This document shows positions 27,946 to 35,012 of a stretch of DNA of 35,012 nucleotides, in pieces (position 1 is the stretch's first letter; every line of letters starts with the position of its first letter). The DNA lies in the NCBI GenBank assembly GCA_038208905.1, contig JBBQYG010000023.1, positions 1 to 35,012 of the forward strand. The letters run 5' to 3'. The notes below the pieces were generated by a model. The model did not search any database. It was not told the DNA's origin and saw only the letters and a list, made by a program, of their open reading frames with translations. This stretch comes from Candidatus Sumerlaeia bacterium. Lineage in GTDB: Bacteria; Sumerlaeota; Sumerlaeia; SLMS01. A program made the position numbers and the translations under genes.

Positions 27946-28199
27946 GGCACCCCGCCGCTTGAAATTCCGGCCTGAAGAATGCGATGCCATTGGATGGCCC
28001 CCCAATCTGGGGGCCGTCCGTGGCTTCCGGCTGGAAGGCCTTTCGCCGCAGTTTCGCCCAAATGCCCGCCGAGGTCCGTTTTTTCTTCTTGCCGTTCAAG
28101 GCCCGAGCATGGGCTATCACCTCGACATTCTGTAATACAGCCCGTTGCAGTCACCTGTTCCAGCTGAGCGCGGAGTTACCGCCAAGGAGTATAGCCACG

Positions 28200-28469
28200 A
28201 TGAGTGATGAAGAGACCACAGAACCGACCCCGCACAACCTGCAGGAACTCATCCAGTACATTGCCAAGGCCCTCGTCGATGACGAGAACAACGTCACGGT
28301 CAAGTCCGTGGAGAGCGAAACCTCCGTTATTCTGGAACTCCACGTCGCCAAGGAAGACGTCGGCAAGGTGATCGGCAAGGGCGGCCAGACGGCCAAGGCC
28401 CTGCGCAAGATCCTCAGCGCCGCCGCCACCAAGCACAACAAGAAGTCTCTCCTCCAGATTGTGGAATGA
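28200..28469 (+). CDS. khpA: KH-domain RNA-binding protein KhpA (YlqC)
   Basis: AAGGAG SD; IAKALVD, LHVAKEDVGKVIGKGGQTAKALR (GxxG loop); located between rpsP and rimM. Confidence 0.93.
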   Translation: MSDEETTEPTPHNLQELIQYIAKALVDDENNVTVKSVESETSVILELHVAKEDVGKVIGKGGQTAKALRKILSAAATKHNKKSLLQIVE

Positions 28470-29005
28470 GCGAGCCGGACGAGTGGGTCATCGTCGGCTT
28501 CGTGATGGGGCCTCACGCGCTCCGCGGGGCCGTCATGATTAAGCCCTTGACGCGAGGCGCCGAGGAATTCATGGACGCCCCACTCGAGAAGGTCCGCCTT
28601 CGCCGTGCAGGCGTCCTGCTTGAGACCTTGACGTTCAAGACCAAGGCGGTCCACAAGGGCCAGATCATGGCCACCTTCGTCGAAATCCCCGACCGCGTCG
28701 CCGCGGAGGGAATCGCCAAGAGCGAGCTCGTGATTCCCCGGACTGATCGCTGGGAACTGCCGGAGGGGAAGTACTACTTCGACGATCTGGTGGGGATCGA
28801 GTTGTTCGATGCCGACAGCGGCAAGCGCCTTGGCGTCGTGATCCGCGCGGTCGAGGGCGGCGCCCACGACTACCTGGCGATGGAGCACCCCACCGTCCCC
28901 CGCAGGGAAGTCCTGATCCCGCTGATCCCCGAGTTTGTTCCCTCCGTTGACACCGCCGCGCGGCGGGCGCTCGCGCGCCTGCCAGAAGGGCTGCTGGACC
29001 TTTGA
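28466..29005 (+). CDS. rimM: Ribosome maturation factor RimM
   Basis: VGFVMGPHALRGAV, LPEGKYYFDDLVG, GAHDYL, VLIPLIPEFVPSVD, PEGLLDL; ATGA overlap with khpA. Confidence 0.93.
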   Translation: MSEPDEWVIVGFVMGPHALRGAVMIKPLTRGAEEFMDAPLEKVRLRRAGVLLETLTFKTKAVHKGQIMATFVEIPDRVAAEGIAKSELVIPRTDRWELPEGKYYFDDLVGIELFDADSGKRLGVVIRAVEGGAHDYLAMEHPTVPRREVLIPLIPEFVPSVDTAARRALARLPEGLLDL

Positions 29006-29892
29006 TTTTCCTAGCCTTCCTCAAGTGCCTCCGGCCCAAGCAGTGGATCAAGAACCTGCTGATTTTTGCCGGCCTTATCTTCGCCCAGAAGTGGGGCGAC
29101 CAGCAGCTCGTCGTCAACTCGCTGATCGCCTTCGCCGTGTTTTGCGCCCTTAGCGGCGTGGTCTATATCACCAACGATATCCTCGACGCCGACAAGGACC
29201 GCCTCCACCCCAAGAAGCGCAAACGCCCCATCGCAAGCGGCGCCATCAGCCCCACCGCCGCCGGGATCGGCGCCGTGATCCTTTTGGTCGCCGCCCTGAT
29301 TGCCGCGTGGGGCGTGACGTTTCACTTCTTCGTAACCGCCGTGGTCTATGTGGCGCTGGTTTCGGCCTATTCATTCAAGTTCAAGCATGTCGTTATCCTC
29401 GACATCATGCTGCTGGCGATGGGCTTCGTGGTCCGCGCGATCGCGGGCATCGAGGCCATCAACGTGGATCCGGCCAACGACCCCATCTCGATCACCCCCT
29501 TCTTTATCCTTACCACGCTTTTCCTGGCGCTCTTTCTCGCCATTGCCAAGCGCCGCAACGAGATGGTCGTCATGCAGGGAAACGCGTCGGAAACCCGCAG
29601 GGTGCTGGCGGACTACAGTACCGAATACCTGGACGTGCTGCTCACCGTGGCCACCACGGGCGTCATCACGAGCTACGCCGCCTGGGCCACGATCGGCGGC
29701 TTTGCCAAGATCGAGGGCAACTACACGATGGTCTTCACCATGCCATTCGTCCTGTACGGCATCTTCCGCTACCTGTGGCTGGTTTTCCGGCGCGACGAGG
29801 GTGGCGCGCCGGAGGAACTCCTCTTCACAGATAAACCGCTCCTCGCCAGCGTCGCCCTGTGGATGATTACCGTGGTTGCCATCCTGGCCTGA
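29002..29892 (+). CDS. UbiA-family polyprenyl-phosphate phosphoribosyltransferase (DPPR synthase-like)
   Basis: LRPKQWIKNLLIF, YITNDILDADKDRLHPKKRKRPIASG, AYSFKFKHVVILDI, GFVVRAIAG, KRRNE, LYGIFRY; TTGA overlap with rimM. Confidence 0.88.
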   Translation: MIFLAFLKCLRPKQWIKNLLIFAGLIFAQKWGDQQLVVNSLIAFAVFCALSGVVYITNDILDADKDRLHPKKRKRPIASGAISPTAAGIGAVILLVAALIAAWGVTFHFFVTAVVYVALVSAYSFKFKHVVILDIMLLAMGFVVRAIAGIEAINVDPANDPISITPFFILTTLFLALFLAIAKRRNEMVVMQGNASETRRVLADYSTEYLDVLLTVATTGVITSYAAWATIGGFAKIEGNYTMVFTMPFVLYGIFRYLWLVFRRDEGGAPEELLFTDKPLLASVALWMITVVAILA

Positions 29893-29971
29893 GAGGGACT
29901 AGGATTACCAGTTCTCCCGGGAGACGCGCCACCCGGCCCTCCCCCCCAACGAGAGTAAGGATCGATCAAAC

Positions 29972-30970
29972 ATGGCTGATAAGTTGAGAGTCGGCGTGGT
30001 GGGCGTGGGCCATCTGGGCCAGCACCATGCCCGGAACTATCACGAGAACGACCGCTGCACGCTGGCCTATGTCTGCGACGTCCACGGCCACCAGGGCCGC
30101 AAGATCGCCCGCTCCTATGGCGCCAAGGCCATCAAGGACTACACCGATCTGATCGGCAAGGTGGACGCCGTGAGCATCGCGACCCCCACCGAGACCCATC
30201 ACGAGATCGCCAGCACGCTCCTCCGCGAGGGGATCCACTGCCTTGTCGAGAAGCCCATCTGCACCACCGTCTTGGACGCCCGCGCGCTGGTCGAGATCGC
30301 GCGGCAGAAGTCCCTCGTCCTCCAGGTCGGCCACATCGAGCACTTCAACGTCGCCGTGCAGAGGCTGAAGGAACTCCTCACCACGCCGCGCTTTCTGGAA
30401 GTCCATCGCCAGGGGCCCTTCGACCCGCGCGTCAAGGACGTTGGCGTGGTCATGGACCTGATGATCCACGACATCGACATCGTCCTGCGTCTGGTCAATT
30501 CGCCGATCCGGTCGATCGAGGCCGTCGGCGTCGCGATCCTCACCGACAAGGAGGACATCGCCAACGCGCGCCTCCATTTCGAGAACGGCTGCATCGCCAA
30601 CCTGACCGTGTCGCGCGTCACCCCCAAGCCGCTGCGCAAGCTGCGCGTATTTCAGGACGACGCGTATATCTCCCTCGACTACCGCAACCAGACGATGGAG
30701 GTCTTTCGCCGCAAGCTGCGCGACAAGCCCAAGCCCACCGAATCGAAGTACTACATCGAATCCAAGCGCCTGCGCGTGAAGCGCCAGGAGCCGCTCAAGC
30801 TGGAGCTCGACCATTTCCTGAGCTGCGTGGAGGAGCGGAACCTGAACCCGCAAACCACCGGCGAGCAGGCCCTCGAGGCGCTCGATGTCGTCGTGAAGAT
30901 CACCGAGATCATCCGCGCCACCACGGTTCCGTTCCCCGTGATGAAGCCGCCGATCATCGACTCGAAATAG
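29972..30970 (+). CDS. Gfo/Idh/MocA oxidoreductase, probably GnnA-like UDP-GlcNAc 3-dehydrogenase
   Basis: GVGHLG, IATPTETH, EKP, QVGHIEHFN, DLMIHDIDI; directly upstream of lpxB. Confidence 0.85.
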   Translation: MADKLRVGVVGVGHLGQHHARNYHENDRCTLAYVCDVHGHQGRKIARSYGAKAIKDYTDLIGKVDAVSIATPTETHHEIASTLLREGIHCLVEKPICTTVLDARALVEIARQKSLVLQVGHIEHFNVAVQRLKELLTTPRFLEVHRQGPFDPRVKDVGVVMDLMIHDIDIVLRLVNSPIRSIEAVGVAILTDKEDIANARLHFENGCIANLTVSRVTPKPLRKLRVFQDDAYISLDYRNQTMEVFRRKLRDKPKPTESKYYIESKRLRVKRQEPLKLELDHFLSCVEERNLNPQTTGEQALEALDVVVKITEIIRATTVPFPVMKPPIIDSK

Positions 30971-30997
30971 CCACGGTCCCGGCCGGCGCGAGGCAAG

Positions 30998-32251
30998 ATG
31001 CGGAAGCTCCACCTGTTCCTCATCGCCGGGGAGGAAAGCGGCGATACACACGGCGCCAACCTGTTGGAGGCGCTGCACGCCTATCATCCCGCCATCGAGG
31101 CCGTTGGCCTTGGCGGCGAGCACATGGAAAAGGCGGGGATGAAACTCCGCCGGGACATGAAGAAGGATCTCGCGATCATCGGCCTGGCCGGCGTCGTCAC
31201 CAATTTCCCCAAGATTGCGCGCGTCTTCAAGGACACCGAGGCCTATCTTCAGCAGCACCGCCCCGACGCCCTGATCCTGATCGACTACCCCGGCTTCAAC
31301 ATCCGCATGGCGCAGCGCGCCAAGAACCTTGGAATTCCCGTGATCTGGTACATCAGTCCCCAAGTCTGGGCGTGGAAAAAGGGCCGCATCAAGACCCTCG
31401 CGCGCACGGTTGACCTGATGCTCCTGATCTTTCCGTTCGAGATCCTCACCTACAAGGGCCGCGGCATCAACACCGTCCACGTGGGGCACCCTCTCTTCGA
31501 CGAGATCACACTGGAGATGACCCGCGAGGAAGTGTACAAGTTCCACGGCCTCGACACCGGCCAACCCCTCGTCACGCTGGTTCCCGGCAGCCGCAAGCGC
31601 GAGGTCCGCGACTTCCTCCACATCATGCTGCAGGGCGCCCTGCGCTATCGCGAGACGCACCCCGACACCCAGTTTGCGGTGATCCGCGCGACTACCATCG
31701 ACGAGGAATTGCTCCACGAGATCATCGCGCGGGAGAACCTTCCCTTTGCCGTGAAGGTCGTTAGCAAGCACCGCCACGACCTGCGCAAGCACGCCGATTT
31801 CTCCTGGGTGAAGAGCGGCACCTCCACCCTGGAGGCCGCCATCCTCGGCGCCCCCCACCTGATCGTCTACAAGGTGAGCTGGCTTACCTGGGTGATCGGC
31901 AAGCAGCTGCTGACCAACAGCGTCATCGGCCTGCCCAACATCGTCGCCGACAAGCAGATCGTGCCCGAGCTCCTGCAGGACGAGTTCACCCCGCTCAATC
32001 TTGCGGAGCAGACGGCCGCCTATCTCGACCACCCGGACCAGTATGCCCGAATGGTGGACGACCTTCGCCGCGTGAAGGAAAAACTTGGCGGGCCCGGCGC
32101 AAGCCGCCGCGCCGCGCGCGCCATCCTCAAACTCTTTGGCATCGACCCCGATCCCACCGACACAACCGCCACCCGGGATCGCCGGACGTTCCTCCAGCGC
32201 GATGATTTCCCAAGCGATCACTACGGGACCAACCTGGAGAATCAGAAATGA
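30998..32251 (+). CDS. lpxB: Lipid-A-disaccharide synthase
   Basis: [62 protein letters not shown]. Confidence 0.96.
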   Translation: MRKLHLFLIAGEESGDTHGANLLEALHAYHPAIEAVGLGGEHMEKAGMKLRRDMKKDLAIIGLAGVVTNFPKIARVFKDTEAYLQQHRPDALILIDYPGFNIRMAQRAKNLGIPVIWYISPQVWAWKKGRIKTLARTVDLMLLIFPFEILTYKGRGINTVHVGHPLFDEITLEMTREEVYKFHGLDTGQPLVTLVPGSRKREVRDFLHIMLQGALRYRETHPDTQFAVIRATTIDEELLHEIIARENLPFAVKVVSKHRHDLRKHADFSWVKSGTSTLEAAILGAPHLIVYKVSWLTWVIGKQLLTNSVIGLPNIVADKQIVPELLQDEFTPLNLAEQTAAYLDHPDQYARMVDDLRRVKEKLGGPGASRRAARAILKLFGIDPDPTDTTATRDRRTFLQRDDFPSDHYGTNLENQK

Positions 32252-33771
32252 GAAGGAAACCAGTCGTCGCCATCGTCGGGCGCCCCAACGTCGGCAAGTC
32301 CACGCTGTTCAACCGCATCTTCGGAGAGCGCAAGGCCGTCGTCCACCCGCTTCCCGGGATGACGCGCGACCGCCACTATGCCGACGCGGCATACCGCATG
32401 AGGCCCTTCACGGTCATCGACACCGGCGGCTATGAGGACAGCACGGGCTCTCATCTGCTCCAGCAGATGCGCCAGCAGTCGATCATCGCCATCGACGAAT
32501 CCGACCGCGTCATCTTCCTGGCCGACGCACACACCCCCGACGATCCCGTGGATCAGGAAATCCTGGAGCGCTTGCGCTCCTCCGGGCGGCCCTTCTTCCT
32601 CGCCGTCAACAAATGCGACAACGTCTATATGGAGAATCAGGCGATCGCCGATTTCTCCCGCTACGGCCTCGACGCCGTGTATCCCATCAGCGCGCTCAAG
32701 GGCGATGGCATCTACGACCTGATGGACGATGTGACCAAGGACTTTGCCATGTGGGACGTCGACACGGAGACGCTCGACGACACCCGCACCAGCGTCGCCA
32801 TCGTGGGACGCCAGAACGCCGGAAAGTCCACGCTGCTGAACCGTCTCCTAGGCCAGGAGCGCGTCATCGCCAACCCGATGCCCGGCACCACGCGCGACGC
32901 CATCGACGCCGACGTGCAGGTGGACGGCATGCCCTTCACCATCATCGACACCGCCGGCATCCGCCGCCGCGGCAAGATCGAAAACGGCCCGGAGAAGCTC
33001 AGCGTCCACTCGTCCTTCCGCGCCATCGAGCGTTCCCACGTCTCCGTCCTGGTCATCGACGGCAGCGAGGGCATCACCGCCCAGGACCAGCATGTGGCGG
33101 GCTACATCCTGGAGCGCCGCAAGGCCGCCATCATCCTCATCAACAAGTGGGACCTTGTTCCCGACCGCGAAGCCGCCTTCGGCGCGATCCTCAAGAATAT
33201 CCGCCGAGAGTTCAACTTCATGCCCTGGGCGCCGATCCTCACCGTCAGCGCGCTCACCGGCCAGCGCACGTTCAAGCTCTGGGATCTCATCCGCAACTGT
33301 GCCCTGAACTTCCGCAAGGAATTCCAGACCGCCGAGCTGAACCTGGTCCTCAAGAAGGCCGTCAGCTACGTCAGCCCGCCCACACACAAGGGCAATACCC
33401 TCACGATCAAGTATATCACCCAGACGGGCAGCAAGCCGCCGACGTTCTCCCTCTTCGTCAACAACCCCGACTTCCTGCATTTCGGATACAAGCGCTATCT
33501 CGCCAACCAGTTCTACGAACAGCTTGGCCTTGAAGGCACGCCGCTACGCCTCCGCATTCGCCGCAAGGCCCCGCCCCGCGGCTGGGACGCGAACGCGCGC
33601 GAGGAGTGGTATGCCGAGCGCGGCGGCAGCCCCAAGCGCCGCAAGAGCGCCGGAGCCTATCTGGAAGACGGCACCGACATCTCCCACCAGTTCGGCCTGG
33701 AGGACGACTTTGGCATCTGGGAGAACGCCTTCGAGGGCGGCGGCGACGACGACGAGGGCGACGACGAGTGA
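32248..33771 (+). CDS. der: Ribosome biogenesis GTPase Der (EngA)
   Basis: Two G domains ([16 protein letters not shown] and [19 protein letters not shown]) plus a KH-like domain; extra acidic tail. Confidence 0.97.
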   Translation: MRRKPVVAIVGRPNVGKSTLFNRIFGERKAVVHPLPGMTRDRHYADAAYRMRPFTVIDTGGYEDSTGSHLLQQMRQQSIIAIDESDRVIFLADAHTPDDPVDQEILERLRSSGRPFFLAVNKCDNVYMENQAIADFSRYGLDAVYPISALKGDGIYDLMDDVTKDFAMWDVDTETLDDTRTSVAIVGRQNAGKSTLLNRLLGQERVIANPMPGTTRDAIDADVQVDGMPFTIIDTAGIRRRGKIENGPEKLSVHSSFRAIERSHVSVLVIDGSEGITAQDQHVAGYILERRKAAIILINKWDLVPDREAAFGAILKNIRREFNFMPWAPILTVSALTGQRTFKLWDLIRNCALNFRKEFQTAELNLVLKKAVSYVSPPTHKGNTLTIKYITQTGSKPPTFSLFVNNPDFLHFGYKRYLANQFYEQLGLEGTPLRLRIRRKAPPRGWDANAREEWYAERGGSPKRRKSAGAYLEDGTDISHQFGLEDDFGIWENAFEGGGDDDEGDDE

Positions 33772-34376
33772 TCACTGGCCTGACCGCCATCGCGATCCTG
33801 CTGCTCTGCTACGTCGTCGGCGGGATTCCGTCGGGCCTCCTGATTGCCCGCTCGGCGGGCGGCATCGACATCCGCGAGCACGGCTCGCGGAACATCGGCG
33901 CAACCAACGTGTGGCGTGTCCTCGGCTGGAAGTGGGGCCTTGCCACGTGGCTACTCGACACCGGCAAGGCCTGTGGGATCGTGCTCCTTGTCGCGCCGCT
34001 CAGCGGCGGCGTCCCCGCGTGGCTCCCCATCGCCGGCGGACTCGCCACGCTCATGGGGAACTTCTTCAACCCATTCCTGAAATTCAAGGGAGGCAAGGGC
34101 GTCGCCACCAGCCTCGGCGTCTTCCTCGCCCTCGCTCCCGCCGCCGTCATCATCGCCTTCGCCGCGTTCATCGTCGTAGTCGCCATCACCCGCTACATCA
34201 GCGTCGGCTCCATCGTCGCCGCCACCTTGCTCCCCCTTCTCGTCCTCTACTTCAACGGCGGCGGACTCCTCTTCGTCGCCATCCTCCTCGTCTCGTGCCT
34301 CGTGATCTTCAAACACCGCGCGAATATACAACGGCTGAGGGCAGGAACCGAGGCGAAGATCGGGGCGGCGCGGTGA
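33768..34376 (+). CDS. plsY: Glycerol-3-phosphate acyltransferase PlsY
   Basis: GTGA overlap with der; [64 protein letters not shown]. Confidence 0.96.
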   Translation: MITGLTAIAILLLCYVVGGIPSGLLIARSAGGIDIREHGSRNIGATNVWRVLGWKWGLATWLLDTGKACGIVLLVAPLSGGVPAWLPIAGGLATLMGNFFNPFLKFKGGKGVATSLGVFLALAPAAVIIAFAAFIVVVAITRYISVGSIVAATLLPLLVLYFNGGGLLFVAILLVSCLVIFKHRANIQRLRAGTEAKIGAAR

Positions 34377-34400
34377 GGGGGCGTGTGCGATGCGTCCTGC

Positions 34401-34793
34401 CTACCAGATTGCAAAGGCCAGCCCATCTACTGTCCGAAAATGGGCATCCCTAGTCACCTGTTATAGGTCATGCTGAATTGCAAGGGCGGCGATCCATATA
34501 TCATTCGTTGGAATCGGACGCCCCTTTGACCTGAGACGGGCAAACACACGGCCAAAGGTTTCGGCGGTGGCGGTATCGGGAATCAGTATCTAAAATGACG
34601 CCAGTGCGGTTGCCAGCGCCTTTCGATTCGCCTCGGGGCGCGCAGATTTCTCGGCACCATAATGCATCTCGCCCACGGTGAACAACGAGACCCTTCGGGT
34701 GCCCGTCGCAGAGACAAGTGAGTGAATTGAGGCGTCGCTCTTCAGGAGAGCAACGAGGGCATTCGTATCGAGCAGCAGATCATTTCCAGGCAT
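34401..34793 (-). pseudogene. vapC: VapC-type PIN-domain toxin pseudogene with two in-frame stops
   Basis: One frame reads MPGNDLLLDTN...VGEMHYGAEKS...ASF*ILIPD...LRSKGRPIPTNDIWIAALAIQHDL*QVTRDAHFRTVDGL...W*. Internal TAG at 34590-34592 and TAA at 34461-34463. Confidence 0.9.
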
Positions 34794-34815
34794 CGGGATC
34801 TACTCGGCCAAACGC
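34780..34815 (-). pseudogene. Probable 3' remnant of the cognate antitoxin gene
   Basis: Reads AFGRVDPDAWK*, and its stop overlaps the first codons of vapC as in type II TA operons. The upstream part is replaced by IS sequence. Confidence 0.45.
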
Positions 34816-35012
34816 GGCTCATCCCGGCTCATAAGTGAGGCCATGTTCCGGGCGGTGGAGCAGGACATCGAATAGGTTCGCCCTGTCCAGTCCTTTGCGG
34901 TTCCACACCCACTCGAGTGCCGCAAGGTAGCCTTGGAGATATTTCTTGGAGACGCCGCGAAACGAGCGCAGCCAGTTTCTCGCCGAGGTCCAGAAGCCCT
35001 CCATCGAATTCG
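34816..35012 (-). mobile_element. Right end of an IS1595-family element (transposase C-terminus, CDS ends at 34819; truncated by window)
   Basis: NSMEGFWTSARNWLRSFRGVSKKYLQGYL...WN matches the IS1595/ISXO2 NxxExFW...VSxKYLxxYL...N signature. Candidate terminus GGCTC at 34816 (or 34826). Confidence 0.82.

Noticed and set aside
27960-28090. SRP RNA (ffs) or c-di-GMP-I riboswitch in the rpsP-khpA spacer
   Set aside because: There is no CAGG-x-GRAA-x-AGCAG SRP motif. The minus-strand GGGCGAAAC…GAAA…GCCACGG resemblance lacks proper P1/P2 pairing and would point antisense into rpsP. It is kept only as an unassigned structured spacer.
29913-29924. Perfect 12-bp palindrome TCTCCCGGGAGA before the Gfo/Idh/MocA gene
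   Set aside because: Single occurrence in GC-rich DNA with no associated promoter evidence; compatible with chance.
34401-34793. Stop-codon reassignment or programmed read-through in vapC
   Set aside because: Two different stops (TAG and TAA) interrupt the frame and both terminate ordinary genes in this window; pseudogenisation is simpler.

Overview
A 35-kb, GC-rich chromosomal segment of an LPS-producing (lpxB-positive) bacterium; the lineage cannot be fixed from sequence alone. The left two-thirds mixes housekeeping genes (Sad/GabD-type aldehyde dehydrogenase, standalone SPOUT RNA methyltransferase, recJ, tRNA-Phe, luciferase-like monooxygenase, NRDE/TANGO2) with envelope and secreted proteins. 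These include two carboxypeptidase-regulatory-like repeat proteins, two GT-C (family 39-like) glycosyltransferases, a 1027-aa modular secreted protein, a membrane Ser/Thr kinase and a lipoprotein. The right third is a core co-directional run: lspA, DUF2905, ylxM, ffh, rpsP, khpA, rimM, UbiA-type phosphoribosyltransferase, Gfo/Idh/MocA, lpxB, der, plsY. The window ends in a decayed VapC toxin gene next to an IS1595-family transposase. The most notable observations are: an unrecognised tandem paralogue pair (5922-6852); a Hanks-type kinase with an HRDLKPGQ catalytic loop and a Cache-like sensor carrying an EF-hand loop; intergenic 9-bp-period repeat arrays; a structured leader with paired operators upstream of the secreted protein; and an IS-disrupted toxin-antitoxin module. 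No CRISPR array, rRNA or prophage is evident. All family calls are from motif recognition, not database searches.
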